From an uncultured delta proteobacterium (GTDB taxonomy: Bacteria; Myxococcota_A; Polyangia; Fen-1088): 64,000 nucleotides of DNA. The stretch lies in assembly GCA_963767925.1 (NCBI GenBank), contig CAVYGB010000002.1, positions 736,001 through 800,000 of the forward strand. Reading direction: 5' to 3'. Below, one piece after another: positions 21,756 to 31,700 of the stretch. A program made the translations under genes and the position numbers. Position 1 is the first letter of the stretch, and the number at the start of each line of letters is the position of its first letter. Under the pieces are notes generated by a model. The model made no database searches. It had not been told where the DNA came from and saw only the letters and a program-made list of their open reading frames with translations.

Positions 21756-22228
21756 GCCTCGTCCTTCGAGAGCTCAATCGGAGTGCAGATGACCGGCGGC
21801 GCGAACCCTGCGGACCGAGAAATCTCTTCCATCCTACCACGCAGCGCCGCGTTGGCAATGTGCTTGCAGTTCCAGGTCAGTAGGTAGTCCATGCCGTGGA
21901 TCGTAGCAATCGCGACATGGAGCGCATCAATTCTGGCCTTCTGCGGAAGCCCGCCCTCGGCGATGAGATAGGCGGCAAGTGCCACGACTTCGTCGGTCAG
22001 ATTCAGCAGCGGGAATCCATCGAGCGATTTGACCCTGCGGGCCGCGGCATCGGGGTCTCCTCGGCCAGCCTCGTCGATCACCAACTGCGAGATGTAGATG
22101 TCGTAGGCCGCTCAGTCACTCCACCATTCCGCCGTCACTTGCTGGTGGGCCGCACGTACGAGGTCGCGACTGGGATGCCCCGTCAGGTAGCTGACAATCG
22201 TAGTTTCGACGTATGTCTTAGGATTCAT
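21752..22228 (-). pseudogene. PIN-domain (VapC-like) protein with a premature TGA
   Basis: MNPKTYVETTIVSYL...HQQVTAEWWSD*AAYDIYISQLVIDEA...DALHVAIA..MDYLLTWNCKHIAN; in-frame stop at 22112-22114. Confidence 0.82.
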
Positions 22229-22246
22229 CGGCGAGCTACCCTTTCA

Positions 22247-22330
22247 GTCGAACGATACTCGCGTTCAGCTGCGGGCGTTCGCCCGAGCGAAGCGAAGGAG
22301 CGATCGCCCACTGCAACGCGCTGGTTAGCC
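22247..22330 (-). repeat. attC site 2
   Basis: Minus strand: GGCTAAC-CAGCGC-GTTGCAGT...GCTGAAC-GCGAGTATC-GTTCGAC; same length (84 bp) as attC1 and shares its central GCCCGAGCGAAGCGA segment. Confidence 0.85.
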
Positions 22331-22426
22331 GGCATCTGGCCTTGATGGCGCTCCCAGGATCAGCTCGATCCCAATCAGATCACCGTCCTTCAAGCCGTAG
22401 GTCGCTCTCGGCTCGTTTGGCCGGCG

Positions 22427-22463
22427 TTGCCTGGACCGCCGTTCGTGTGTAGACTTTTACACA
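22427..22463 (+). promoter_or_regulatory. vapBC promoter with palindromic operator
   Basis: TTGCCT-N17-TAGACT; TGTGTA-N6-TACACA (22446-22463) overlaps the -10; ATG follows 7 nt after the -10. Confidence 0.7.
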
Positions 22464-22663
22464 TGGCCACCAACCTCGCCATCGATGATCGTCTACTCGA
22501 GGAAGCTCTCCGGGTCGGTGGTCACCGCACCAAGAAGGATACCGTGACCGAGGCGCTCGAAGAGTACATCCGACATCGCAAGCAGGCTCGGATCCTGGAC
22601 CTCTTCGGCAAGGTGGACTTCGATCCGAAGTACGACTACAAGCGCCAGCGACGTCGACCGTGA
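22463..22663 (+). CDS. vapB: VapB-family antitoxin
   Basis: MATNLAIDDRLLEEA...TKKDTVTEALEEYI; GTGA overlap with vapC. Confidence 0.9.
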   Translation: MATNLAIDDRLLEEALRVGGHRTKKDTVTEALEEYIRHRKQARILDLFGKVDFDPKYDYKRQRRRP

Positions 22664-23079
22664 GCGTAATCGTCGATACCTCGGTCTGGTCGCTTGCCCT
22701 TCGCCGCAGACGGGCCGCGAACGAACCCCAGACTCGTGAGCTTGCAGATCTCATTCGAGAGGGTCGCGCTTCGATCATCGGGCCCATCAGACAGGAGATC
22801 CTGTCCGGCGTTCCCGCGGAGCAGCAGTATCAGACTCTCCGTGAGTATCTGCGACCCTTCCCAGATGTCGAACTGGAGGTGGACGACTACGAGGAAGCGG
22901 CCGCCTTCTTCAACCGATGCCGATCTCGCGGAGTCCAGGGCTCGAACACCGATTTCCTGATCTGCGCCGTGGCCGTCAGACGGAAGTTCTCGATCCTGAC
23001 AACCGATGAGGATTTCTCGCACTTCGCACGACTCCTCCCCATCCAGTTCCATTCACCTCGCAAGGTACGAGCCGGCTAA
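22660..23079 (+). CDS. vapC: VapC PIN-domain toxin
   Basis: IVDTSVW, QEILSG, DFLICA, LTTDEDF acidic PIN residues. Confidence 0.92.
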   Translation: MSVIVDTSVWSLALRRRRAANEPQTRELADLIREGRASIIGPIRQEILSGVPAEQQYQTLREYLRPFPDVELEVDDYEEAAAFFNRCRSRGVQGSNTDFLICAVAVRRKFSILTTDEDFSHFARLLPIQFHSPRKVRAG

Positions 23080-23097
23080 CGACCTGCATTCAGGGGC
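23071..23097 (-). repeat. Partial attC site 3 (R'/L' half only)
   Basis: GGCTAACGACCTGCATTCAGGGGC resembles GCTTAACGACCTGGCGTTCAGCGGC of attC1; GCCGGCTAAC is the exact reverse complement of GTTAGCCGGC at 22324-22333. Confidence 0.65.
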
Positions 23098-23379
23098 TGG
23101 ATCCTGACCTGAGCCCGACGAAAGCATCGACAGCGACGACGTGAGTGAATGACAAGTCGCCTTCCATGAGCGCCCATCGCGCCTGAGGTGCGAGCGGCCA
23201 GAGCAAGGGTGGCGACACGTCAGGCCACGGCTTGTCGATGCGGTCAAGACTGCCGCCCATTGCCACTTGACCCTGGCAACGGGCGGTCCATTCGTGGAGG
23301 ACGGAGAGATTCATCGTTTCCCCACGCAGAGCGGCGCACACGAACTGGCGATCCGAGAGAGCATCAGCGGCGCCGGCGC

Positions 23380-23781
23380 ATGGTTCAGAGCCGACTCAGC
23401 AATCTTGTCGAGGGCAGCGTAGTCATACTGAGGATGGACTGCGACCTCGATCGTCATCCGCTCGAGCTCCTCACCAAAGATGCGCCCTCGGCCTGTCTCG
23501 AGGAAGGACGAGATGCTTTCCATCCGGGCGATCTGCCGCCCGCGTCGAGGTGTCCGGCCGGACAGCGAGGCATCACCTTCGGCGACAACTTCGGCGGCTT
23601 CATCTGCAACTACGACCTGGTGTCGGGTCGGTTCGTTGGCGGCACCTACTTCCAGGACACCCGGCAATACTGCGAGAGGACGGAGTTTCGCTTCCATACG
23701 GAGGAGCCGTTCGAGCCCTGCGTCGGCAGCCCACCCGAGACCGCGAAGATCTGCCCGCAACCCGACGGCGGCGGAGGGTGA
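23380..23781 (+). CDS. Cys-rich hypothetical protein or fragment
   Basis: Protein-like 3' half (GFICNYDLVSGRFVGGTYFQDTRQYC); start unclear. Confidence 0.4.
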   Translation: MVQSRLSNLVEGSVVILRMDCDLDRHPLELLTKDAPSACLEEGRDAFHPGDLPPASRCPAGQRGITFGDNFGGFICNYDLVSGRFVGGTYFQDTRQYCERTEFRFHTEEPFEPCVGSPPETAKICPQPDGGGG

Positions 23782-23895
23782 GGGGTCAGGGGTGGCGGGG
23801 GTCGCCGTTGCGTTCGCGGCGGGAGAGGCGGATGAGGACGATGGCCACGGCGGCGGAGCCCACTACGAAGAACACGGCGCCCACGACCAGGCCGA

Positions 23896-24252
23896 TCATT
23901 CGCGGGCTTTGCCGGGGCGGCCGATGGGGACCTCCAGGCCGGCGGCCTGCTTGGTGATGTCCTCGACCAGGCGGTAGAGGTCGGTCGATCGGACGCGGTC
24001 GTCGACCCAGCGGCCGCCGTCGTCGTCCCAGGTCAGATGCCAGGCCCGGTCCTTGAACGCCACCCAGATCTGGCGCACCGGGGCCTGGGGCGAGAGGATG
24101 CAGCGCTTGCCGTCGGCGAACTGGAGGGTCAAGGTCCCCTGGCTGTAGACGCTCTCCACCACGTCGGGGTCGACGTTCTCGAAGGCGCCGTCGATGGTCT
24201 GGAAGGTCTCGTCCACGAGCCGGCGGTAGGTGCTTTCGTCGGGCAGCGACAT
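23896..24252 (-). CDS. cyaY: Iron donor protein CyaY (frataxin family)
   Basis: DESTYRRLVDETF, GTLTL, SPQAPVRQIWVA, WVDDR. Confidence 0.85.
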   Translation of the reverse strand: MSLPDESTYRRLVDETFQTIDGAFENVDPDVVESVYSQGTLTLQFADGKRCILSPQAPVRQIWVAFKDRAWHLTWDDDGGRWVDDRVRSTDLYRLVEDITKQAAGLEVPIGRPGKARE

Positions 24253-24274
24253 GGTAGGCGCAAGGCTAGCACCA

Positions 24275-25333
24275 TCAGGGCGGGGGCGCGGTGCGCTCGG
24301 AGGGGTCGCGGTCGGGGACCTCGCCGCTGCCCAGCCAGCCCCGGCGGCGGAAGAAGAGCAGGACCGCCACCACCACCGCCGCCATCAGCCCCAGGACGGT
24401 CGGGTAGGCCCAGGGCCGGTGCAGCTCGGGCATGTGCTCGAAGTTCATCCCGTATATCCCGGTGATCACCGTCAGGGGCATCAGCACCGCCGTGAACAGG
24501 GTGAGAAACTTCATGATCTCGCCCAGGCGCAGGTTGGTGACCGACAGATAGGTCTCCTGCAGCGAGGTGATCATCTCGCGGTGGGTCTCCAGCCAGTCGG
24601 TGAAGCGGAAGACGTGATCGTAGACGTCGCGGAACAGGACCGCCTCCTGGGCCGGCACCAGGGAGAACTCGTTGCGGGCCAGGCGCAGCAACACCTCCCG
24701 CTGCTTGGTCAGCCAGCGGCGCAGGCCCAAGGTGGTGCGCTTGAGGGTCAACATCCGCATCAGGTCGTTGCGGTGCGGGCGCTCGAGCACCCGGCCCTCG
24801 ACCGCCTCGATGCGCTCCTCGAGCGCCTCGAGCACCGGCTCGATGCTCTCGACCTGGCGGTCGAGGATGGCGTGCAGCACGGCGGCCGGTCCCCGCCGGA
24901 GCGGGCCGCCGTGGTTGCGGGTGACCTGCTCCCAGATGGCGGTCACGCTGCGCGAGGGGTGCTCGTGGTAGGTGAAGAGGAAGCGCTTGCCGAGGAAGGC
25001 GTCCAGCTCGACCGTCTCGGTGTGCTCGGGGCTGGAGGCGGCGGTGATGCCGTGGGTGATGAGGAAGACGTAGTCCTCCTCGAACCCGTCGATCTTGGGG
25101 TGCTCGCGGGCCTCGAAGCAGTCGTCGATGGCCAGCGGGTGGAAGCGGAACAGGTCGCGGGCCAGGGCCACCGCCGCCGGGTTGTCGGTGCCCCAGGAGT
25201 CGATCCAGAGGAACACCTCCGGGTCGTGTAGCAGGGCCGGCAGGTCCGGGAGGGCCACGTCCTCGAGGAAGGCCTTGCCCGCCCGCTGGGCCACGACGTG
25301 GATGCCACTGTCGGCGGCTGCTTGGTCGGCCAC
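24275..25333 (-). CDS. corA: CorA Mg/Co transporter
   Basis: FHPLAIDD, HPKID, FRDVYDH, MPLTVITGIYGMNFEHMPEL. Confidence 0.95.
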   Translation of the reverse strand: MADQAAADSGIHVVAQRAGKAFLEDVALPDLPALLHDPEVFLWIDSWGTDNPAAVALARDLFRFHPLAIDDCFEAREHPKIDGFEEDYVFLITHGITAASSPEHTETVELDAFLGKRFLFTYHEHPSRSVTAIWEQVTRNHGGPLRRGPAAVLHAILDRQVESIEPVLEALEERIEAVEGRVLERPHRNDLMRMLTLKRTTLGLRRWLTKQREVLLRLARNEFSLVPAQEAVLFRDVYDHVFRFTDWLETHREMITSLQETYLSVTNLRLGEIMKFLTLFTAVLMPLTVITGIYGMNFEHMPELHRPWAYPTVLGLMAAVVVAVLLFFRRRGWLGSGEVPDRDPSERTAPPP

Positions 25334-25334
25334 G

Positions 25335-26744
25335 TCAGTGGGGGGGCAAGGCGGTCCAGAAGGTGCGGATCCGGGTCCGCACGAGCAGCGGAAGCGGCCC
25401 CTCGCGCTTCCAGTCGCCCAGGCGGCGCCGCAGCTCTTCCACGCTGCCCACCGAGGAACGCCCCACGCGCAGGATGATGTCGCCCACCTTGAGGTTGGCC
25501 TCCCGGGCCGCCCCGCCGGTCACCCGCGTGACCTGCACGCCCTTGCCCCCCGGCAGCTCGGCCGCCCGCGAGCGGGCCACCTCGCGCGTCTCGAACCCCA
25601 CCGCCGGCGCGGCCTCGGCCGGGAGGAAGCGGCAGTCCCAGGGGTGGCGGGTGCGGCTGGCCCGGGGCGCCGGCCGGGTAGTCACGTGTTTCTCGAGCGG
25701 GCGCCCGTCGCGCAGGACGCCCACCTTGACCCGCATGCCGGGCGCGGTGAGCTGGGCGAAGATCCGGAAGTCGTCGCGGGTGGCGAGCGGGTGGTCCCCC
25801 CAGGCGGTCACGATGTCTCCCGCCTCCAGCCCACCGGCCTCGGCCGGCGAGGCCTTCTCCACCGCCGCCACCAGGGCCCCGCGCAGGCTGGCCAGCCCGA
25901 AGGCGGAGGCCAGCATCGGCGTCACCGGCTGGCTCTCCACGCCGAGGAAGGAGCGCGGCGCTTCGCCGGCGTCACGCAGCCGGGGCAGCAACATCTTGAC
26001 CACGTTGACCGGGATGGCGAACCCGACGCCGGCGGCCGGCTGGGGCCCACCCCAGAAGGCGGCGTTGATGCCGATGACCCGCCCCGACGAATCGAGCAGC
26101 GGCCCGCCCGAGTTGCCGAGGTTGATGGAGGCGTCGGTCTGTATGTAAAACGAATAGGGCGGCTCCTCGGCCTCGGCGCCCGACTGCTCCGAGCCCGGGT
26201 CGATGACCCGCTCGGTGGCCGAGACGATGCCGGCGGTCACGCTGTGGGAAAAGCCGAAGGGGCTGCCGATCGCCACCACCGACTCTCCTACCCGCACCTT
26301 GTCCGAATCGCCGAGCGGCAACACGGGCGGCGCCTCCTTGGGCTCGATGCGCAGCAGGGCCACGTCGGCCAGCTCGTCGGTGCCGAGCACGCAGGCGGAG
26401 AACTCGCGCCCGTCGTACAGGCGCACCCGCAGGTCGGTGGCGCCGCGCACGACGTGCTCGTTGGTGACGATGGAGCCGCGGCGGTCGACCAGGAACCCCG
26501 AGCCGACCGAGACACCGGCCGTGCCCGGGTTGCGCCCCTGGGCCCGCGCCGTGCGGTCGACAAGCGCGCCGCGCACGTGCACGACGGCGGGGCGAGCCCG
26601 CTCGGCCAGATCGGCCAGGGGGTGGACCACCGGGAGGACCTTGCCCCGCGGGTCCGTCGCGGGCGACGCGGGCGCGCCCTCCGCCGGCCCGCCCGCCATG
26701 GCGAGCAGACCAACCCAGATCGCCGCCGCCCTGCCGCCTGCCAC
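25335..26744 (-). CDS. HtrA/DegP-type serine protease with two PDZ domains
   Basis: GSGF, TNEHVV, DVALL, IQTDASINLGNSGGPL, FLGV, SPAEAGGL. Confidence 0.93.
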   Translation of the reverse strand: MAGGRAAAIWVGLLAMAGGPAEGAPASPATDPRGKVLPVVHPLADLAERARPAVVHVRGALVDRTARAQGRNPGTAGVSVGSGFLVDRRGSIVTNEHVVRGATDLRVRLYDGREFSACVLGTDELADVALLRIEPKEAPPVLPLGDSDKVRVGESVVAIGSPFGFSHSVTAGIVSATERVIDPGSEQSGAEAEEPPYSFYIQTDASINLGNSGGPLLDSSGRVIGINAAFWGGPQPAAGVGFAIPVNVVKMLLPRLRDAGEAPRSFLGVESQPVTPMLASAFGLASLRGALVAAVEKASPAEAGGLEAGDIVTAWGDHPLATRDDFRIFAQLTAPGMRVKVGVLRDGRPLEKHVTTRPAPRASRTRHPWDCRFLPAEAAPAVGFETREVARSRAAELPGGKGVQVTRVTGGAAREANLKVGDIILRVGRSSVGSVEELRRRLGDWKREGPLPLLVRTRIRTFWTALPPH

Positions 26745-26750
26745 CCGTCC

Positions 26751-27320
26751 TCAGATGGGCTTGGGCTGCTGGGCGCGGGCCTTGTCCGCCTCACGCGGCG
26801 GGGTCCGACCCTGGGCCCCCGGCGCCGGGGCCGGGCGTCCGGCCCCCTGGGCCGCGCGCGGCTCGGGCTTCTCGACCTCGGCGCGCCTGGGCTCGGGCCG
26901 CTTCGCTTCGGGCGGGGCGGCGGCCCGGCCGGGCATGTTCATCTTCTTGGCCTCACCCGCCAGCTTCTGCATCTTCTCGTTCATCTGCTGCTGATCGCGC
27001 TCGCTCAGCCGCTCCTGGGGTGGTCCCGGCGGCTCGAACAGGGTGCGCGCGCCGCCGCGCTCGAGGTACGAGCGGGTGGCGTCCTTGGCCGCCTTGCCCG
27101 CCGCCTCCGCACGCTTGGCCGCCTTCTGCGCCGCCTCGATGCCGATCAGCTCGCGCACCTTGGCCTTGGTCCCCTCCCACAGCTCCTCCGACTCCTGGCT
27201 GCCGGCGATGGCCCGCAGGTGGCCGAACAGCGTCCGTTCCCCCAGATCGACCGTCACGCCGAACCAGATGAAGGCGGCGAGACAAGCCAGGGTGAAACAC
27301 AGCGAGATGAGCCTTATCAC
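26751..27320 (-). CDS. Hypothetical membrane-anchored protein
   Basis: N-terminal TM followed by TVDLGERTLFGHL and a charged helical tail. Confidence 0.7.
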   Translation of the reverse strand: MIRLISLCFTLACLAAFIWFGVTVDLGERTLFGHLRAIAGSQESEELWEGTKAKVRELIGIEAAQKAAKRAEAAGKAAKDATRSYLERGGARTLFEPPGPPQERLSERDQQQMNEKMQKLAGEAKKMNMPGRAAAPPEAKRPEPRRAEVEKPEPRAAQGAGRPAPAPGAQGRTPPREADKARAQQPKPI

Positions 27321-27408
27321 CGCCCATCATTTTTAACACCGCCCAGCACGACCTGGCTACTTTCCACGTAACGCGTCGTGACCCGCTGCCACGATCCCGA
27401 TCACTCGC

Positions 27409-27514
27409 CCGAACCCTTTGAGGGTCCCGGCGACTATCGCGTGCGGAGCCGCCGAGCTTGCTCGGCGCGAGGCTTCGCGGGGGGTTCGGGACCCTTGAGG
27501 GTCCCGACGACTAT
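27409..27514. repeat. Two related 29-bp palindromic repeats flanking a third hairpin
   Basis: CCGAACCCTTTGAGGGTCCCGGCGACTAT (27409) and TCGGGACCCTTGAGGGTCCCGACGACTAT (27486); GCCGAGCTTGCTCGGC lies between them. Confidence 0.7.
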
Positions 27515-27903
27515 GGCTGGCTTCCGACCCGGTAGCTGGAGGCACGCAGGAGCAGGTTGGTGAGGCGGTCGCGGTTGTCCTGGTCGACCGGCTCGATGGT
27601 GCAGCCGAAGCCCGGGGGGCGCTTGCCGGCGTAGCCCTGGTCGACCCGGATCACCCGGCTCTTGCAGTTGATGTTGAAGTCGGGATCGTCGCCCATACCC
27701 TCCTCGGATCCGAAGATCACGAGCGCGAACTCGATCCCCGGCTTCAGCTCGGGATACTGGTCGGGCGTCCCCTCCAGATACACGCCTCCGGCCGACACGT
27801 TCCGGACGGCGATGATGTACACCTCGGACCCCCTCACCTGCGCTTGCGCGTACACCTCGATACGAGGGCTGCGGCGGTTCGAGGGGTCGACCGCTTCGCT
27901 CAT
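27511..27903 (-). CDS. PilZ domain protein
   Basis: RRSPR (RxxxR) and NVSAGG ([D/N]xSxxG) c-di-GMP motifs. Confidence 0.85.
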   Translation of the reverse strand: MSEAVDPSNRRSPRIEVYAQAQVRGSEVYIIAVRNVSAGGVYLEGTPDQYPELKPGIEFALVIFGSEEGMGDDPDFNINCKSRVIRVDQGYAGKRPPGFGCTIEPVDQDNRDRLTNLLLRASSYRVGSQP

Positions 27904-27949
27904 GCAAAAAGAGTCGACAGGCCGTCCAAGAAAGTCAAATCGCCCCGCC

Positions 27950-27989
27950 AAAAAGAAACGCCGGCCGTCAAGAAACCGACGGCCGGCGT
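27950..27989 (-). terminator. Rho-independent terminator of the groE operon
   Basis: ACGCCGGCCGTC/GACGGCCGGCGT 12-bp stem followed by TTCTTTTT on the minus strand. Confidence 0.88.
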
Positions 27990-28008
27990 GGATCTTACGA
28001 CTTACGCT

Positions 28009-29664
<1,656 letters not shown>

Positions 29665-29685
29665 GTTCCGGATCCCTTTCCTTGA

Positions 29686-29974
29686 CTACTCGAGCACGGC
29701 CAGCACGTCGTCCTCGCGCAGGATGAGGTGCTCGGTGCCTTCGATCTTGATGTCGTTGCCGGAGTACTTGGAGAACAGGATCTTGTCGCCGGCCTTCACC
29801 TCCAGCTTGCGCAGCGATGCCGTCCTCCTGGATCTTGCCGTTGCCCACGGCGACCACCAGGCCCTGCTGGGGCTTCTCCTTGGCGGTGTCGGGGATGAAG
29901 AGACCACCAGCGGTCTTCGTCTCTTCTTCGAGGCGCTTGATGAGAATGCGATCGTAAAGCGGTCTTACTTTCAT
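29686..29974 (-). CDS. groES: Co-chaperonin GroES (one apparent +1 frameshift near 29818)
   Basis: [60 protein letters not shown]. Confidence 0.97.
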
Positions 29975-30053
29975 GGGTTTCTCCTTGTCCGAATCTCCCT
30001 CCCCGCAGGGAAAAGAGCGTTTTTCCGAAATCGTCGCCGGTGCGCGGCCCGCC

Positions 30054-30524
30054 TCAGCCGGCCGCCGCCCCGCTGGGTTTGCTGCCGCCCGAGCTGCTGC
30101 CGCCCGAGCTGCTGCTGCTGCTGCTGCTGCCCCCACCCGAGCCCGAGGCGCTCCCGCCGGAGCCGCCTGACCCCCCGCCGCCGCTCGAGCCGCCAGAGCC
30201 CGAGGAGCCCCCGCCGCTGCCCGACCCGGTCGAGCCGCTGCCGCTGGCGGTCTTGCTGTCGGCCTTCTTGTCGCCGCCGCTCGCGTCGCTGGCCTTGGCG
30301 GTGCTGCCCGAGTCGCTCGACTTGGCGGCGTCCTTGGGCTTGCCGCTCGAATACAGGTCCTTGTACCAGCCGCCCCCCTTGAGCTGGAACGCCGTCTGGC
30401 TGATCAGCCGCTCGACGGTCTCCTGGGCGCACTTCGGGCAGGTGCGAACGGGGGGATCCTTGATTTTCTGCCACTCCTCGAACGCGTGCCCGCAGGCATT
30501 GCACTGATACTCGTAGACCGGCAT
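30054..30524 (-). CDS. FmdB-family zinc-ribbon protein with Ser/Gly tail
   Basis: [12 protein letters not shown]...CPKC...[13 protein letters not shown]. Confidence 0.92.
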   Translation of the reverse strand: MPVYEYQCNACGHAFEEWQKIKDPPVRTCPKCAQETVERLISQTAFQLKGGGWYKDLYSSGKPKDAAKSSDSGSTAKASDASGGDKKADSKTASGSGSTGSGSGGGSSGSGGSSGGGGSGGSGGSASGSGGGSSSSSSSSGGSSSGGSKPSGAAAG

Positions 30525-30556
30525 TGGCTTGTGCCTCTCTCTCGTGAACGGCGCCT

Positions 30557-30606
30557 TTGGTATAAACACGCCCGGGTCGCTGTCAAGCGACCACCGAGAG
30601 TGCTAA
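30557..30606 (-). promoter_or_regulatory. Imperfect CIRCE (HrcA operator) overlapping a TTGACA -35
   Basis: Minus strand TTAGCACTC-N9-GCTTGACAG: perfect left arm, right arm merged with TTGACA; -10 region ambiguous. Confidence 0.65.
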
Positions 30607-30715
30607 TGAATCGGGGTAATCGTCAAGGTAAACAGTAACTTACGTCGACACACACCGTTCAGCGCCCGACCGGACGAAGTGCCAGCGAACCCCGCGTGGT
30701 AGATCCACCGCCCCG

Positions 30716-31114
30716 ATGCCCACCGTCATACAACCCCGGGGGTGGCCGCGCCCCCGCGGATACGCCAACGGCATGCTCGCCTCCGGCCGGTTGCTCGCCA
30801 TCGGCGGCCAGGTCGGCAGCCGCCCGCCAGGGATGACCCTGGCCCGGGGCCTGGTGGCGCAGTTCGCGCAGGCGCTCGACAACGTCGTCGCCGTGGTGCG
30901 CACGGCCGGTGGCAGCCCCACCGACATCATCTCGCTGACGATCTTCGTGACCGAGCTCGACCAGTACGTGGCCTCCACCCAGGAGATCCGCACGGTCTGG
31001 CGCGAGCGGCTGGGGGACCATTACCCCGCGATGGCGCTCATCGGCGCCCGGGCCCTGCTCGACGCCGAAGCGGTGGTCGAGATCCAGGGCTTCGCCGTCC
31101 TCCCCACCACCTGA
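30716..31114 (+). CDS. RidA/YjgF/UK114 family protein
   Basis: PRGYANG, GGQVG, QALDNV, HYPAMAL, VEIQG. Confidence 0.9.
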   Translation: MPTVIQPRGWPRPRGYANGMLASGRLLAIGGQVGSRPPGMTLARGLVAQFAQALDNVVAVVRTAGGSPTDIISLTIFVTELDQYVASTQEIRTVWRERLGDHYPAMALIGARALLDAEAVVEIQGFAVLPTT

Positions 31115-31320
31115 CGCGCGCGCGGCCGCAGCCCACCCGAGCGGGCGGCGCTACGGCCGACGGCGCGACCGGTGCGAGCGGGATCGGCGCAGGACCGCCC
31201 CGACAGGAGGGCAGGCGCGGACCTTGTCGGTGGTTTTCGTAACATCGGGCGGGCGGCCGGGCGAAACCCCGGACATCGACCGGCCGGCCGGGGCGACGGG
31301 CCGGCCGGGGGGCCCGCCCG

Positions 31321-31605
31321 TCAGGGGCGGCCGGGGGCGTGCTCGAGCCCGCTGGCCAGGGTGGCGGCCAGGTGGCCCAGGCGGTCCTCCTCGACGAGGT
31401 CGTCAAAGCCGCCGATGTGCTCGCCGTCGAGGAAGATCTGCGGCGTGGTGGTCTCGCCCCCGGTCGCCTCCATCATCTCGCGCTTCAGATCCTCCCGCTC
31501 GCTGATGTCGACCTCGTCGTAGGGGACGCCCTTCTCCTCGAGGAAAAAGCGCGCCTCTTCGGAGAACGGACAGTCCTGCTTCGTGTACATGCGTATGCGG
31601 CTCAT
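31321..31605 (-). CDS. Glutaredoxin (GrxC-like, CPFS active site)
   Basis: YTKQDCPFS, TTPQIF, IGGFDDL; GGAGGT RBS. Confidence 0.9.
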   Translation of the reverse strand: MSRIRMYTKQDCPFSEEARFFLEEKGVPYDEVDISEREDLKREMMEATGGETTTPQIFLDGEHIGGFDDLVEEDRLGHLAATLASGLEHAPGRP

Positions 31606-31700
31606 GCTGACCTCCCACCTCCCGGGAAACCAAGCACGTCCCGGGCCAGCCAGCGTGGGGCGCTTCCGTTCGGGGCGGGTCTGTGCTGAGGTCCCCGTCG

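Larger units (their letters stand above)
21477..23097 (-). mobile_element. Integron gene-cassette array without integrase in the window (CALIN-like)
   Basis: Two full attC sites and one partial site bracket two PIN-domain cassettes; sequence is visibly less GC-rich than the flanks. Confidence 0.8.

Noticed and set aside
22112..22114. TGA recoding (selenocysteine or alternative genetic code) in the PIN gene
   Set aside because: TGA is the normal stop for many genes here, and the position is not a Cys-type site.
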